Of a stretch of DNA of 64,000 nt, positions 38,364 to 50,069 are shown in pieces (within the stretch, counting starts at the first letter, position 1; every line of letters starts with the position of its first letter). The position numbers and the translations under genes are program-made. Origin of the DNA: Antedon mediterranea (taxonomy: Eukaryota > Animalia > Echinodermata); NCBI RefSeq assembly GCF_964355755.1, contig NC_092679.1:20815432-20879431 (forward strand). Reading direction: 5' to 3'. Under the pieces are notes generated by a model. The model was not told the origin of the DNA, ran no database searches, and was given only the letters and a program-made list of their open reading frames with translations.

Positions 38364-40150
38364 TACTTCCTTTTCAGATAATTTAAATGGATCAGGTTGG
38401 ACCTTGGAGTTTCATCAATTACTTCATCTTTAAAGTGTTTATAATATAATAATAATAATAATTTATTTAGAAAACGCTTTTTGAACAGCGGCACACATAA
38501 TAATGGTGCATCCTTAAAACAATTAAACATACAATATAAAAATATATGAGTATAAATAGAGGGCTACTAATGATGATATATATAATGAGTGTGACTGTAA
38601 AAAACGAATGTAATAAAGTAATCAGAGCTACTGTCTGCTTAGTGGAAATTTAACAAATACACACGATCAAATCGTTATTTAATCCTTTACACAGATACAG
38701 ATATTATACTATTTTACTAGTTCACTATGTTGTCACAACGTTGTTCATTTTTACTCAAATGTCTATACAAGGTCTCTGAAAATGCTTTGTTATATAATAT
38801 TAATAACGTTTTAATATTACATATAGGCTTACGTCAATTTATAAAACATTCAAGACCAAAATTATAGACCTTAGATAAATAAATATATTAAAAAATAAAA
38901 TATTTCTATTTATATATTATATTGTTTTGTAACAGGGGGTTTCTACTTATAAGCTGTGCTTCAGAGATTCCCTCTTTCCATTCTTTTGTTTGGTAATGAT
39001 TATTTATGTATGTTTATGTTTGTTTTTTTTTTAATGGAAATAAAGAAACAAACAAACAAACTGTTCTGTTCGGTCTTAAGTTCGGGTGCTTCTTTCAGTG
39101 CCTCAGCAGGCGGTTTAGTTGTGTTATATTTAATACCTCAATTCAAAACAAGCCAATCAAAATACAATTTTAAAAAGCAGTACAAAATGTTTTAATAATG
39201 TTTTTATTCCTATATGATAACGCTAAAAATCAAGCCAGTGTTACGTGAATATAGGACTAGCTAGGCGGTCTCTAGGTACTACCGGGATTCACCCCTACTA
39301 TTAGTATACTAGGCTACCTACTCAAGCTAGACTATACTAGGCCTATAGATACTATAGGCTACACAAGAGAGGGTAGGCCTCGCATATCTCAAGAGGAAAA
39401 CACTCTTACTGCAGCAGTAATTGTTCCATTTTCTCTACTTTTTAGCAATTTAACATCTAGAAACAAATCCTTTGAAATCTGGTCAATGCAAATGTTGCTT
39501 TCCATCTCACATTTCTCAAAAAAGTACTTTTAATTCAGTTGAGAAAAGCAAAATTTGATCAACAGCGATCTATAATAGCAGGCACAACATAACCTTTCAC
39601 CCGAAGATTGTTCTATTATTTTATAGGGGATAAATTATTCATGGGCGTAACAAAAACATTAACAATTTCTTATATAATCGTTTTATATCAAAATCTATTT
39701 ATGAAATAGATTTTTAAGTTTTGAAACAAACTATTGTTAATTAAAAATCAATATAATAATAAATATAACAGGGTTGGCTTATAAATACCTTGTAAAAAAA
39801 ACATTGTAAATGGCATGCGCTAATAAATATAATGCATATTCATAGTTACCTATATAAAAAATATGTATTTAAAAAAACAATTTAAATTGCAATATATTTC
39901 ACAATAATACATTTAACGGTTAAAAAATAGTATATAGTCTTTCATATGTAATTAAAAGATGGTTTTGTTAATTAGTTTAATAATTTATGAACCATATTGA
40001 CACCGAAATTGTAGCAACGTAGAAATGCCTATGTTTAAATATAAACATAATCGCCTAGCCACATCGATCGTACATCACTTTCAAGTCAAGCCACTGATTC
40101 TCCGAGTCTGATCCCTAGTAGGCAGATCGACCCCAGCAAGGTGGCCCCAC
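38364..40150. repeat. Duplication copy 2 (WDR81 promoter, exon 1, start of intron 1)
   Basis: High similarity to 35846-37808 with indels; lacks the SINE. Confidence 0.92.
39410..39505 (-). CDS. WDR81: Duplicate WDR81 first coding exon (candidate alternative first exon)
   Basis: MESNICIDQISKDLFLDVKLLKSRENGTITAA|gtaag: 96 nt, phase 0, intact ATG and donor. Differs from 37079-37174 by R>K and A>T. Confidence 0.65.
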
Positions 40151-40697
40151 TGTAGAGAGTATAGAGCTTCGGTTCTCCCGAGTCCCAGCGCTCGGTAGTA
40201 GAATCACGTATGTTGGAAACCGCCGTGTTATGATGCGTGTGCTGGTCTTCCATAGGGTGTAATTGTTGTAGGCTACAATTCCTGTCCTCGATCAACCTAG
40301 GTCCAACTAGGGCGGGAGGGAGTCTGCTCGTCAATGCTTCAGTTCTTCTTCATTGGTACGATCACAAACGCTGTGCCTGTGGCACGTAGCGGATTTTTTC
40401 TAAAGGGGTCGTCAAACACACGGCCAACCTGTGGTTCTTTTTTGGCCAGCCTGTGGTCCGAGGGCACTAGCATGAAAACACACAGCCCGTCTCAGCTCTG
40501 TGATTCTTTTTTGGCCAGCCTGTGGTCCGAGGGCGTTAGACATACTGGCCAGCCTGTAGTCCCAAGGGCGCTAGACAACTTTTCCATGCTTTTCTAAAGT
40601 GAGCCCTCTACAGCTGTTTTCATTTTATAAAAACTTCACTGTGCTTTGACAAGAATATGTGTTGTAATTTATGGGTCTTAATGTATTATATTAGATT

Positions 40698-40830
40698 ATT
40701 GGTTATCCGCAACGAAGTTGCAGGATAACCTCTTGTGATTGTACGAAATCATCATCATCATCATTGGTTATCCGCAACGAAGTTGCAGGATAACCTCTTG
40801 TGATTGTACGAAATCATCATCATCATCAAC
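40698..40830 (+). mobile_element. Two tandem heads of Helentron-type non-autonomous elements
   Basis: Two copies of ttGGTTATCCgcaacgaagttgcaGGATAACCtcttgtgattgtacgaa(atc)n: hairpin head plus microsatellite. Confidence 0.75.
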
Positions 40831-40836
40831 TTTTTA

Positions 40837-42436
40837 TTAGTTATCCGCATTGAGCGGATAACTCCTTGTAACTGTCCTGTTTCATCATCTTTTTTTTTTT
40901 TCTGTATTCTTCTTTCTTTCTGTCATTTTTGTGCAGAGCATATCTCAAAAACGTGTACAGTTAACATTTCATAACTTTGTCAACATATGGGCATTCACGT
41001 GAAGTTGTGCTTTTTTATTTTTGAATGACGTCAGAATTGCGCAACATGACTTACGCGCGTTTTAACGAATTTAGCGTATTTAACATTAATCAAAAACCAT
41101 ATAACAATTTAAATTGAAACTTAGCAAAAGTAAAATTTATATTCTGCGCTAACCGACTGTGAAAAAAAAATGGCATGTTTCACACGAAGTTACGCGCGCA
41201 CGCGCGTTTAAAATTTAAAAATGCAAAAAATCAATTTCTAATCAACTTTCTACGCGTTTCATGTCATTTTGAGCATGTAAAAAATTCCCACGCGCGCGAA
41301 TATTTTTACGCGCGTGGTGCGCACGTAGCGTTGAAAACAATTTTTTTCGCGTGATTTAGGTTTTTCCAGCCTTTTCTAGTAATTTTACCAACTTTTAAAC
41401 GATTTCGACTTAAAATCACGTCATACGAGCCCGTAGAATTGGATAATTTATGTGCGTTTTTTTATGAAAAAGTTCAAAAATTCATCAAAATTTGTCAAAA
41501 TTATACCTTTTTTTAAACAGTTGTAGTTTCTAAACTAAACGGTAAAAGTTGTTTTTATTACGTTTTCTGGAAGATGATGAGTTGTAGATATCGTATCATG
41601 CATCAATATGGCTAACCGGACATTTAGACGTCATCGTATGGCCACTCGAATATAAAATATAGGGATTTTTTCTCTTTTGTCATAGCGCATCACATTGAAT
41701 AGAGCGCATCTCCACTTATCCGTTTTCCATTTTCACGCCGATTTTGATATTGTCTAGGTCAATCAACTATCCTTTGCATGAGTTAAAAATATTTTAATTT
41801 TTATGACGTCATCATGCCTAAAAATTTAAATTGCGTGTGCCTTTAATTTCATCTTTACAGTAAATTTTAATCTGTTATAGCTCGTACGAATAAAATGTGA
41901 TAATCACGATTAAAACGTTTTCTGGAAGCTATTGGATTGTAGATACAAAATCATCTAAAAATGTTGCCATTCGGATGTTGTGACGTCATCATATGGCCAG
42001 TTAAATAAGAAAAGTCGTATTTTCATCTTTTGCGTCATAATTCATTACATTTAAAAGAGCGTGCATCAATATTTCACGTATTCAAATTTCTTCTGCACTT
42101 TAATATGTTGTTACTGAAATAATTTCCTTCCCAAATTGCTGTCTTAGTTTTTCATTTTGATACCGTCGCCATGTTAAAAATAGGAATAAACGGGGGGTCC
42201 CGTAATTTCACCTATTCTACACTGTATGTAATATGTATACAGATTATACTGTGTATACTATATATGAATTTAAATAATAAAATTCAGCAATAACAACATA
42301 TCATATTCTTCAGTTCAGGTCATAATGCCAACGTGAACACTTCCTTTTGTCCTCAACATATCCCCTTAATGTTAATGTTGCACCACTTGCACGGCGGATA
42401 ACCAAACTCGTCAAAGTGACGAGTTACATGTCTAGT
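40837..42436 (+). mobile_element. Non-autonomous Helentron-associated element (HINE/DINE-like), copy A
   Basis: Head AGTTATCCGCattgaGCGGATAACT, T/CT-rich tract, body with ~177-bp units, tail GCGGATAACC plus hairpin AACTCGTCA-aag-TGACGAGTT plus acatgtCTAGT. T-rich junctions, no TSD. Confidence 0.88.
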
Positions 42437-44025
42437 TAGTTATCCGCACTCAGCGGATAACTCCTTGTAACTGTCCTGTTTCATCATCTTTTTTTTTTTT
42501 CTGTATTATTCTTTCTTTCTGTCATTTTTGTGCAGAGCATATCTCAAAAACGTGTAAAATTAACCTTTCATAACTTTGTCAACATATGGGTATTCACCTG
42601 AAGTTGTGCTTTTCTATTTCTGAATGACGTCAGAATTGCACAACATGACTTACGCGCGTTTTAACGAATTTCGCGTATTTAACATACATCGAAAACCATA
42701 TAACAATTTAAATTGAAACTTAACAAAAGTTTTAGTTATATCTTGCGCTAACTGACTTTGTAAAAAAAATGGCATGTTTTACACGAAGTTACGCGCGCAC
42801 GCGCGTTTAAAATTTCAAAACGCGAAAAATCAATTTCTAATCCACTTTCTACGCGTTTCATGTCATTTTGAGCAGGTAAAAAATTCCCACGCGTGCGCAT
42901 TTTTTTACGCGCGCCGTGCGCACGTAGCGTTGAAAACAATTTTTTTCACGTGATTTATGTTTTTCCAGCCTTTTTTAGTAATTTTACCAACTTTTAAACG
43001 ATTTAGACTTAAAATTACGTCATACGGGCACGTCGAATTGGATAATTTACGTGGGTTTTTGATGAAAAAGGTAAAAAATTCGTTAAAATTTGTCAAAATT
43101 ATGCCTTTTTTTAAACAGTCGTAATTTCTAAACTGGACGGTCAACTTTTTGTGGATGACATATTCTTGAAGTTGATGAGGTGTAGATATCGGATCATGTA
43201 ATAATATGGCTAACCGGACATTGTGACGTCATCGTATGGCCACGCGAATATAAAATATAGGATTTTTGTATCTTTCATCATAGCGCATGACATTTAATAG
43301 AGCGCATCTCCAATTATCTGTTTTCCATTTTTACCCCGATTTTTATATTATCTAGGTCAATCAACTATCTTTCGTATGAGTTAAAAATATTTTAATTTTT
43401 ATGACGTCATCATGTCTAAAAATGTAAATAACGTGGGTCACTTATTTTCGTCTTTACAGTAAATTTCAATCTGTTATAGCTCGTCAGAATAAAACGTGAT
43501 AATCATGATTAAAACGTTTTCTGGAAGCTATTGGATTGTAGATACGAATTTATGTAAACATTTTGCCAATCGGATGTTGTGACGTCATCATATGACCAGT
43601 TAAATAAAAAAAGTCGTATTTTCATCTTTTGCGTCATAATTCATCACATTTAAAAGAGCGCGCATCAATATTTTACGTATTTAAATTTCTTCTACACATT
43701 AATATGTTGTTGCCGAGATAATTTCCTTCCGAAATTGCTATCTTAGTATTTCATTTTGATACCGTCGCTATGTTAAAAATTGGAATAAATGGCGGGTCCA
43801 GTCATTTCACCTATTCTACACAGTATGTAATATGTATACAGATTATATTGTATATATAATATGACACAAAATAACAGAATTCAGCAATAACAACATATCA
43901 TATTCTTCAGTTCAGGTCATATTGCCACAATCTTTTTCTGTGTGCAATATTCTAACGTATGACGTCTACGTGGCCTTTGTCGTGCGGATAACTAACTCGT
44001 CAAAGTGACGAGTTACATGTCTAGT
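42437..44025 (+). mobile_element. Non-autonomous Helentron-associated element, copy B (head-to-tail with A)
   Basis: Same head hairpin, colinear body, tail GCGGATAACT with the identical hairpin and CTAGT. Confidence 0.88.
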
Positions 44026-44771
44026 TCTTCTTCTTTCTTTCTGTATGATTTTTGTGTAACGCTTTTCTCTGAAACTTGCAAACATAACATTTTGTTAACT
44101 ATGTTAACATTTTGACATTTATGTAACGTCGTCAAGCGAAGCTTTTCATGATGTTTACAATTGCGCAAAGTGACGTACGCGCGATTTAACGATTTTCTCG
44201 TATTGAACATATGTCGAAAACCAAATAACATTTCAACTTGAAACTTTGCAAAAGTTTAATTTATATCATGCGCTAACTTTCTGTTGAAAAAAAATTGCGT
44301 GTTTTACACAAAGTTACGCGCGCACGCGCATTTAAAATTTCAAAATGCGCGAAACTAATTTATAATCAACTTTCTACGCGTTTCATGTCGTTTTAAGCAT
44401 GTAAAAAATTCCCACGCGTGCGCACATTTTTACGTGTGCGGTGCGCACGTAGCATTGAAAACGTATTTTTTTCGCGTGATTTATGTTTTTCCAGCCTTTT
44501 CATGTAATTTTACCAAATTTTTAACAATTTCGACTTAAAGATACGTCATACGAGCACGTCGAATTGGACAATTTGCGCGCGTTTTTTATGAAAAGGTTAA
44601 AAAATTCGTTTAAAATATGCCTTTTTTTAAACAGTCGTAATTTCTAAACTAAACGGTCAACTTTTTGTGGATGGCATATTCTGGAAGTAGATGAGTTGTA
44701 GATATCGGATCAGGTATTAATATGGCTAACCGGACATTGTGACGTCATCGTATGGCCACGCGAATATAAAA
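44026..44771 (+). mobile_element. Interrupted body of a related element, copy C
   Basis: Starts in the ttc microsatellite with no head, is colinear with the A/B body, and breaks at cgaatataaaa where a new head begins. Confidence 0.8.
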
Positions 44772-46594
44772 TTAGTTATCCGCTTTCACGGATAACTCCT
44801 TGTAACTGTCCTGTTTCATCATCTTTTTTTTTTTTCTGTATTCTTCTTTCTTTCTGTCATTTTTGTGCAGAGCATATCTCAAAAACGTGTACAGTTAACA
44901 TTTCATAACTTTGTCAACATATGGGCATTCACGTGAAGTTGTGCTTTTTTATTTTTGAATGACGTCAGAATTGCGCAACATGACTTACGCGCATTTTAAC
45001 GAATTTAGCGTATTTAACATTAATCAAAAACCATATAACAATTTAAATTGAAACTTAGCAAAAGTTTAATTTATATTCTGCGCTAACCGACTGTGGAAAA
45101 AAAATGGCATGTTTCACACGAAGTTACGCGCGCACGCGCGTTTAAAATTTTAAAATACAAAAAATCAATTTCTAATCAACTTTCTACGCGTTTCATGTCA
45201 TTTTGAGCATGCAAAAAATTCCCACGCGCGCGAATATTTTTACGCGCGTGGTGCGCACGTAGCGTTGAAAACAATTTTTTTCGAGTGATTTAGGTTTTTC
45301 CAGCCTTTTCTAGTAATTTTACCAACTTTTAAATAATTTTGACTTAAAATTACGTCATACGAGCACGTCGAATTGGATCATTTACGTGTGTTTTTGATGG
45401 AAAAGTTCAAAAATTCGTAAAAATTTGTCAAAAGTATACCTTTTTTTAAACAGTCGTAATTTCTAAACTACACGGTCAACTTTTTGTGGATGATATATTC
45501 TTGAAGTTGATGAGTTGTAGATATCGGATCAGGTATTAATATGGCTAACCGGACATTGTGACGTCATCGTATGGCCACGCAAATATAAAATATAGGATTT
45601 TTGTATCTTTCGTCATAGCTCATCACATTTAATAGAGCGCATCTCCACTTATCCGTTTTCCATTTTCACCCCGATTGTGATATTGTCTAGGTCAATCAAC
45701 TATCTTTCGCATGAATTAAAAATAATTTAATTTTTATGACGTCATCATAACTAAAAATTTATATTACGTGTGGCATTAATTTCATCTTTACATTAAATTT
45801 AAATATATTATAGCTCGTAAGAATAAAATGTGATAATCACAATTAAAACGTTTTCTGGAAGCTATTGGATTGTAGATACGAAATCATGTAAACATTTTGC
45901 CAATCAGATGTTTTGACGTCATCATATGGCCAGTTGAATACAAAAAGTCGTATTTTCATATTTTACGCCAAAGTTCATCACATTTAAAAGGGCGCGCATC
46001 TATATTTTACGTATTCAAATTCCTTCTACACGTTAATATGTTGTTGCTGATATAATTTCCTTCCGAAATTGCTAACTTAGTGTTTCATTTTGTTACCGTC
46101 GCCATGTTAAAAATTGGAATAAATGGCGGGTCCCGTAATTTTACCTATTCTACACTGTATATAATAATTTATGTATACATATTTAACTGTTTATACTGAC
46201 CGTGACGTAATGGTATAGCCCAAATAATTTATTTCCTACCTATTTCTATAATGTAGCAGGCCAAATAAGACTAGGTTCTGATTGGCTATTTTACTGTGCG
46301 TGTAATTCAACTACTCGCTTAATTGTGGTAAACAACTTATCCAGGGACCTAGTAGGCCTCTGGCACTCTTCGTTTTGATTCCAAGCTAGTGGGACGTGAA
46401 TATATATATATATATTTCTACTTAATTGTGTTGTATCTTGTAATTATAAGTTCTACCTTATATGAACAAAAGGCTCATGAGAATTTAACCTACTTGTACC
46501 TTCATCATTTATCTATTTACATTATACTTGAAGTCGACGGAATTTTACATTCGCCGAACCTGACACTACCTGTCATCATAAACATAAACCCTAT

Positions 46595-47459
46595 CAAGGA
46601 ATATATATCACAAGAATGAGTAATCCGCGATTTTCCCTGTAACAGTAATATTGTCCATGTGGTAGGGCGCCGCCATAAGTGTGGATGTATCTGGGATGTA
46701 TACAACTTTTTGTGACGGTTTCAATAATCAAAGGCTAGACCACCGGTAGCATTTTCAGGATAAACTACTACAACTACATGCCAACATGAATTAAAGAATA
46801 GATCCATGATGCCAACATCATGTTAAATACTATTTGGATATTTAATTGTTATTTTTATGCAATTTATTTAGTAAAAACTGCCGTATAAACAGTTTGCTTT
46901 ATCAACCGGGCGCTACGATAGCGTGACCGGGCGTGTTGGTGTTTACGCGTTTTCACGAAGGATAGTTTAATAATATTCCTATATTTAACTTGTTTCTGGT
47001 AAAACAAATAAATGTTAATGACATTTATCATTTTGTCCTATTAATAACATGTATTTTATACTAATTTATATCATAAAAACAATACTTAATTTACCGGGCG
47101 TAGAGTAGTACACGGCAATGGTAAAGAATAGGCCGTGCTGAGTAACGATTCGTTGATTTTTGGTGTTGCTGTGTTAGGCCTTTTTTGTGAACTAACTTAG
47201 CATGTTAGTAAATAATTGTCTGTAAAAGTGAATGTACACTAGTTTGTTAATAAATATGTATTATAAAATAGTTTACAATTGCAAAAACTATTATCATAAT
47301 TCTATTTAATGTGACATGTATAATATCTATTAAATCAAGTTTTATTTAGTATGTATACATCCACCCTTATGAGGGCGGGCCTCATTCACTGGAGCTCTGT
47401 GTTACAAATTTCTCATGCAAAAATCGCGGAATACTCATTCTTGTGATATATATTCTTTG
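46595..47459. mobile_element. Non-autonomous P-superfamily-like element
   Basis: ~40-bp TIR CAAGGAATATATATCACAAGAATGAGTAATCCGCGATTTT / AAAATCGCGGAATACTCATTCTTGTGATATATATTCTTTG, with a 7-bp duplication ACCCTAT at 46588-46594 and 47460-47466. Confidence 0.8.
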
Positions 47460-50069
47460 ACCCTATTTACCTAGCAATAATTACTTAATTTAGTGTACGT
47501 GCGTGTTGTGACGTCATCATATGGTCAGTTGAATAAAAAAAGTCGTATTTTCATCTTTTGCGTCATACTTCATCTCATTTAAAAGAGCATCTATATTTTA
47601 CGTATTCAAACTTCTTTAACATGTTAATATGTTTGTGATCAGTTGATTGTCTTCCGAAGTTGCTATCTTCCTGTTTCATTTTGATGGGTCATCATATTAA
47701 AAATTGAAGAATTGAAGTCGAGACTAATATTTTAATTATGCTAGACTGTATAATAATGTATAGAGTATATGGTATACTGATACTATAAGACACAAAATAG
47801 ACAGAATTTATATTCTTCAGGTCATAATGACATAGCCTAATTTTTTTATGTGCATAATTTTTAACGTACATGCACGTGGATATGGCACAAATATAGACAG
47901 AGTTCAGCTCAACTACGGTATATATTATGATCAATTTTCTGTCTTCTGATTTAAAAATATTTTATTTTTTATAAAGTCATCATGTCTAAAAATTGGAACA
48001 ACTTGGATCACTTATTTTATCTTTATAATATACATCCATCTCTCATAACTCTCTCCAAATTTAAAGTGATAGCCATAAAACTTAATATGGAAGCTGTTAA
48101 ATTGTAGTTATGAATTCATGAAAACATTTTCCTATTGGATTTGTGACGTCATCTGGCCAGGTCAAGTAAAATCGGATTTTCATTCCATTTAAGAACGCGC
48201 ATCTGGAAATATTATATGTTATATCAGAGTGACTTCATTTTAATATGTTTTAAATCAGAATATTCCATTTGATTCTCCGATTGGTTTGTAATTTTGGTTA
48301 TCTAATATCCTGTTTCTATTTCAAGTTTGAACATTATAATGTCAATTCAACAATGTGTGTTAATAATTATTCAAACTGTGTAGATTAAACTCATTTCATT
48401 TAATAGTTTACATAATAAAAATTGTATATTTTTTTCATATCATACACATATTTTGCAAATTAATTCGTCTATGGATAAACAATTATATTAGGCCTACAAT
48501 TATATTGATTTTTTCACATGGATAATTTTTTGGTTTATGCAAAATTCGCCATCAAGACGTGGCATTGAATACTCTACGTGAACACTTCTATCTGTCATAA
48601 AACTAGCCATTGGACTACCAAAAAATAGCTAAAACATAAATAAATACAAAAACAGGATACACAAGCAGCCAAAAAAGGAAATAAACAGGAAATAAAAGAA
48701 GAAACTATTAAATAGTGAATTATATGTACAAAAGAAAGATTTGTTTTTGCTAAAATATAATAATTATAAGACTATTTATTTATAAACACATTTATTAAAA
48801 ATAATGATAGGACGTATAATCAAAGTATTTTTACGCGGTATTGTTTAAGTTGCCGCACTACATGTGACCTTACTTATACAATTTGTATTAAAATAATACA
48901 CCAATAATTATAATGTGTTGTCTATTGCAATATACTTCTACGGGTAGTAGCATCATCAATAACAACATAATTATGCACAAAGGGTTCTTTTCTGAAGTCC
49001 GTAATTATTTCTTTTATAAATATATCTATGACTGTCTTCAATTCTTGTAATGGACCTCATTTTGCTTGACCACAAACATTGATTACAATTTGAAACCATT
49101 TAATTTCATTACACTCCGTAACACTTGCATAAGAAGCCTACTTGTGTTGAATTATTATAAATGCTATCTGAATAGAAAGAAAAACAAGTACCATAAAAAA
49201 GGTATACATTAAAATATGTCTAATCAAATTGTTAATCGTATCAAATGAAATGTTTTTTTAACAGTTTTATTAACTTATTTATTTAATAGATAATGAGGTT
49301 GTTATATACACACTATCTGTGTATCATAGCATTTTTGAAATTCATATTTAATTCATTATTTTATATATATGTGAATGAGATAATACTATTCCGAACGAGA
49401 TCTTTTCCAGAGATGACCGCACAAAATGTGAAAAGATCTCATATCAAAGGTGGCGGAGCAGTCAGAAAACTACTCTGCATAGAGGCGTTAATTCCAATAA
49501 TCCCTAACATGAGGGTTTACTCACCTGATAATAATGTATTCCTCCATACAGATTTTGGCAGTTATGCTTGTCTCCTATGAAGAAAGATTTATTAAGTTCT
49601 GTTTGTAAAATTCTTTTTTTTTTTCTTAATTTTTCATAATAATAGGACATAGGAATAAATGTAAAGATTATAATCCCAATATAATTTGAAATGGCCTTAC
49701 AACAACACAACAACACCTTATATAATAACTATAATAAATATCGTCTGTTTGGATTCGATCCAGACTTTTCCTAACTATAGACATAATTAATAACTATAAT
49801 ACTGTACTATTAAAATGGGATTCCAAAAAAATTAAATGTAACCTATATAACATTCTTGTATGTCACGTACAGTATGTTAGTTTTAGTGGGTATTTCTTTC
49901 TACAGAGAATTGCTATTGTTTTTTAGTTCTTTTTAAAATTGTTTGTTTTTATCCAGTTCTATTTTAAGTTCGTTTTATGATTTTCTTTATTAAAGTTCTG
50001 TTTATAAGTTTGTTTAACCTTCCTTAAAACAATTCCGATTAAGATTAAACATCTGAGTTAATATAAAGA

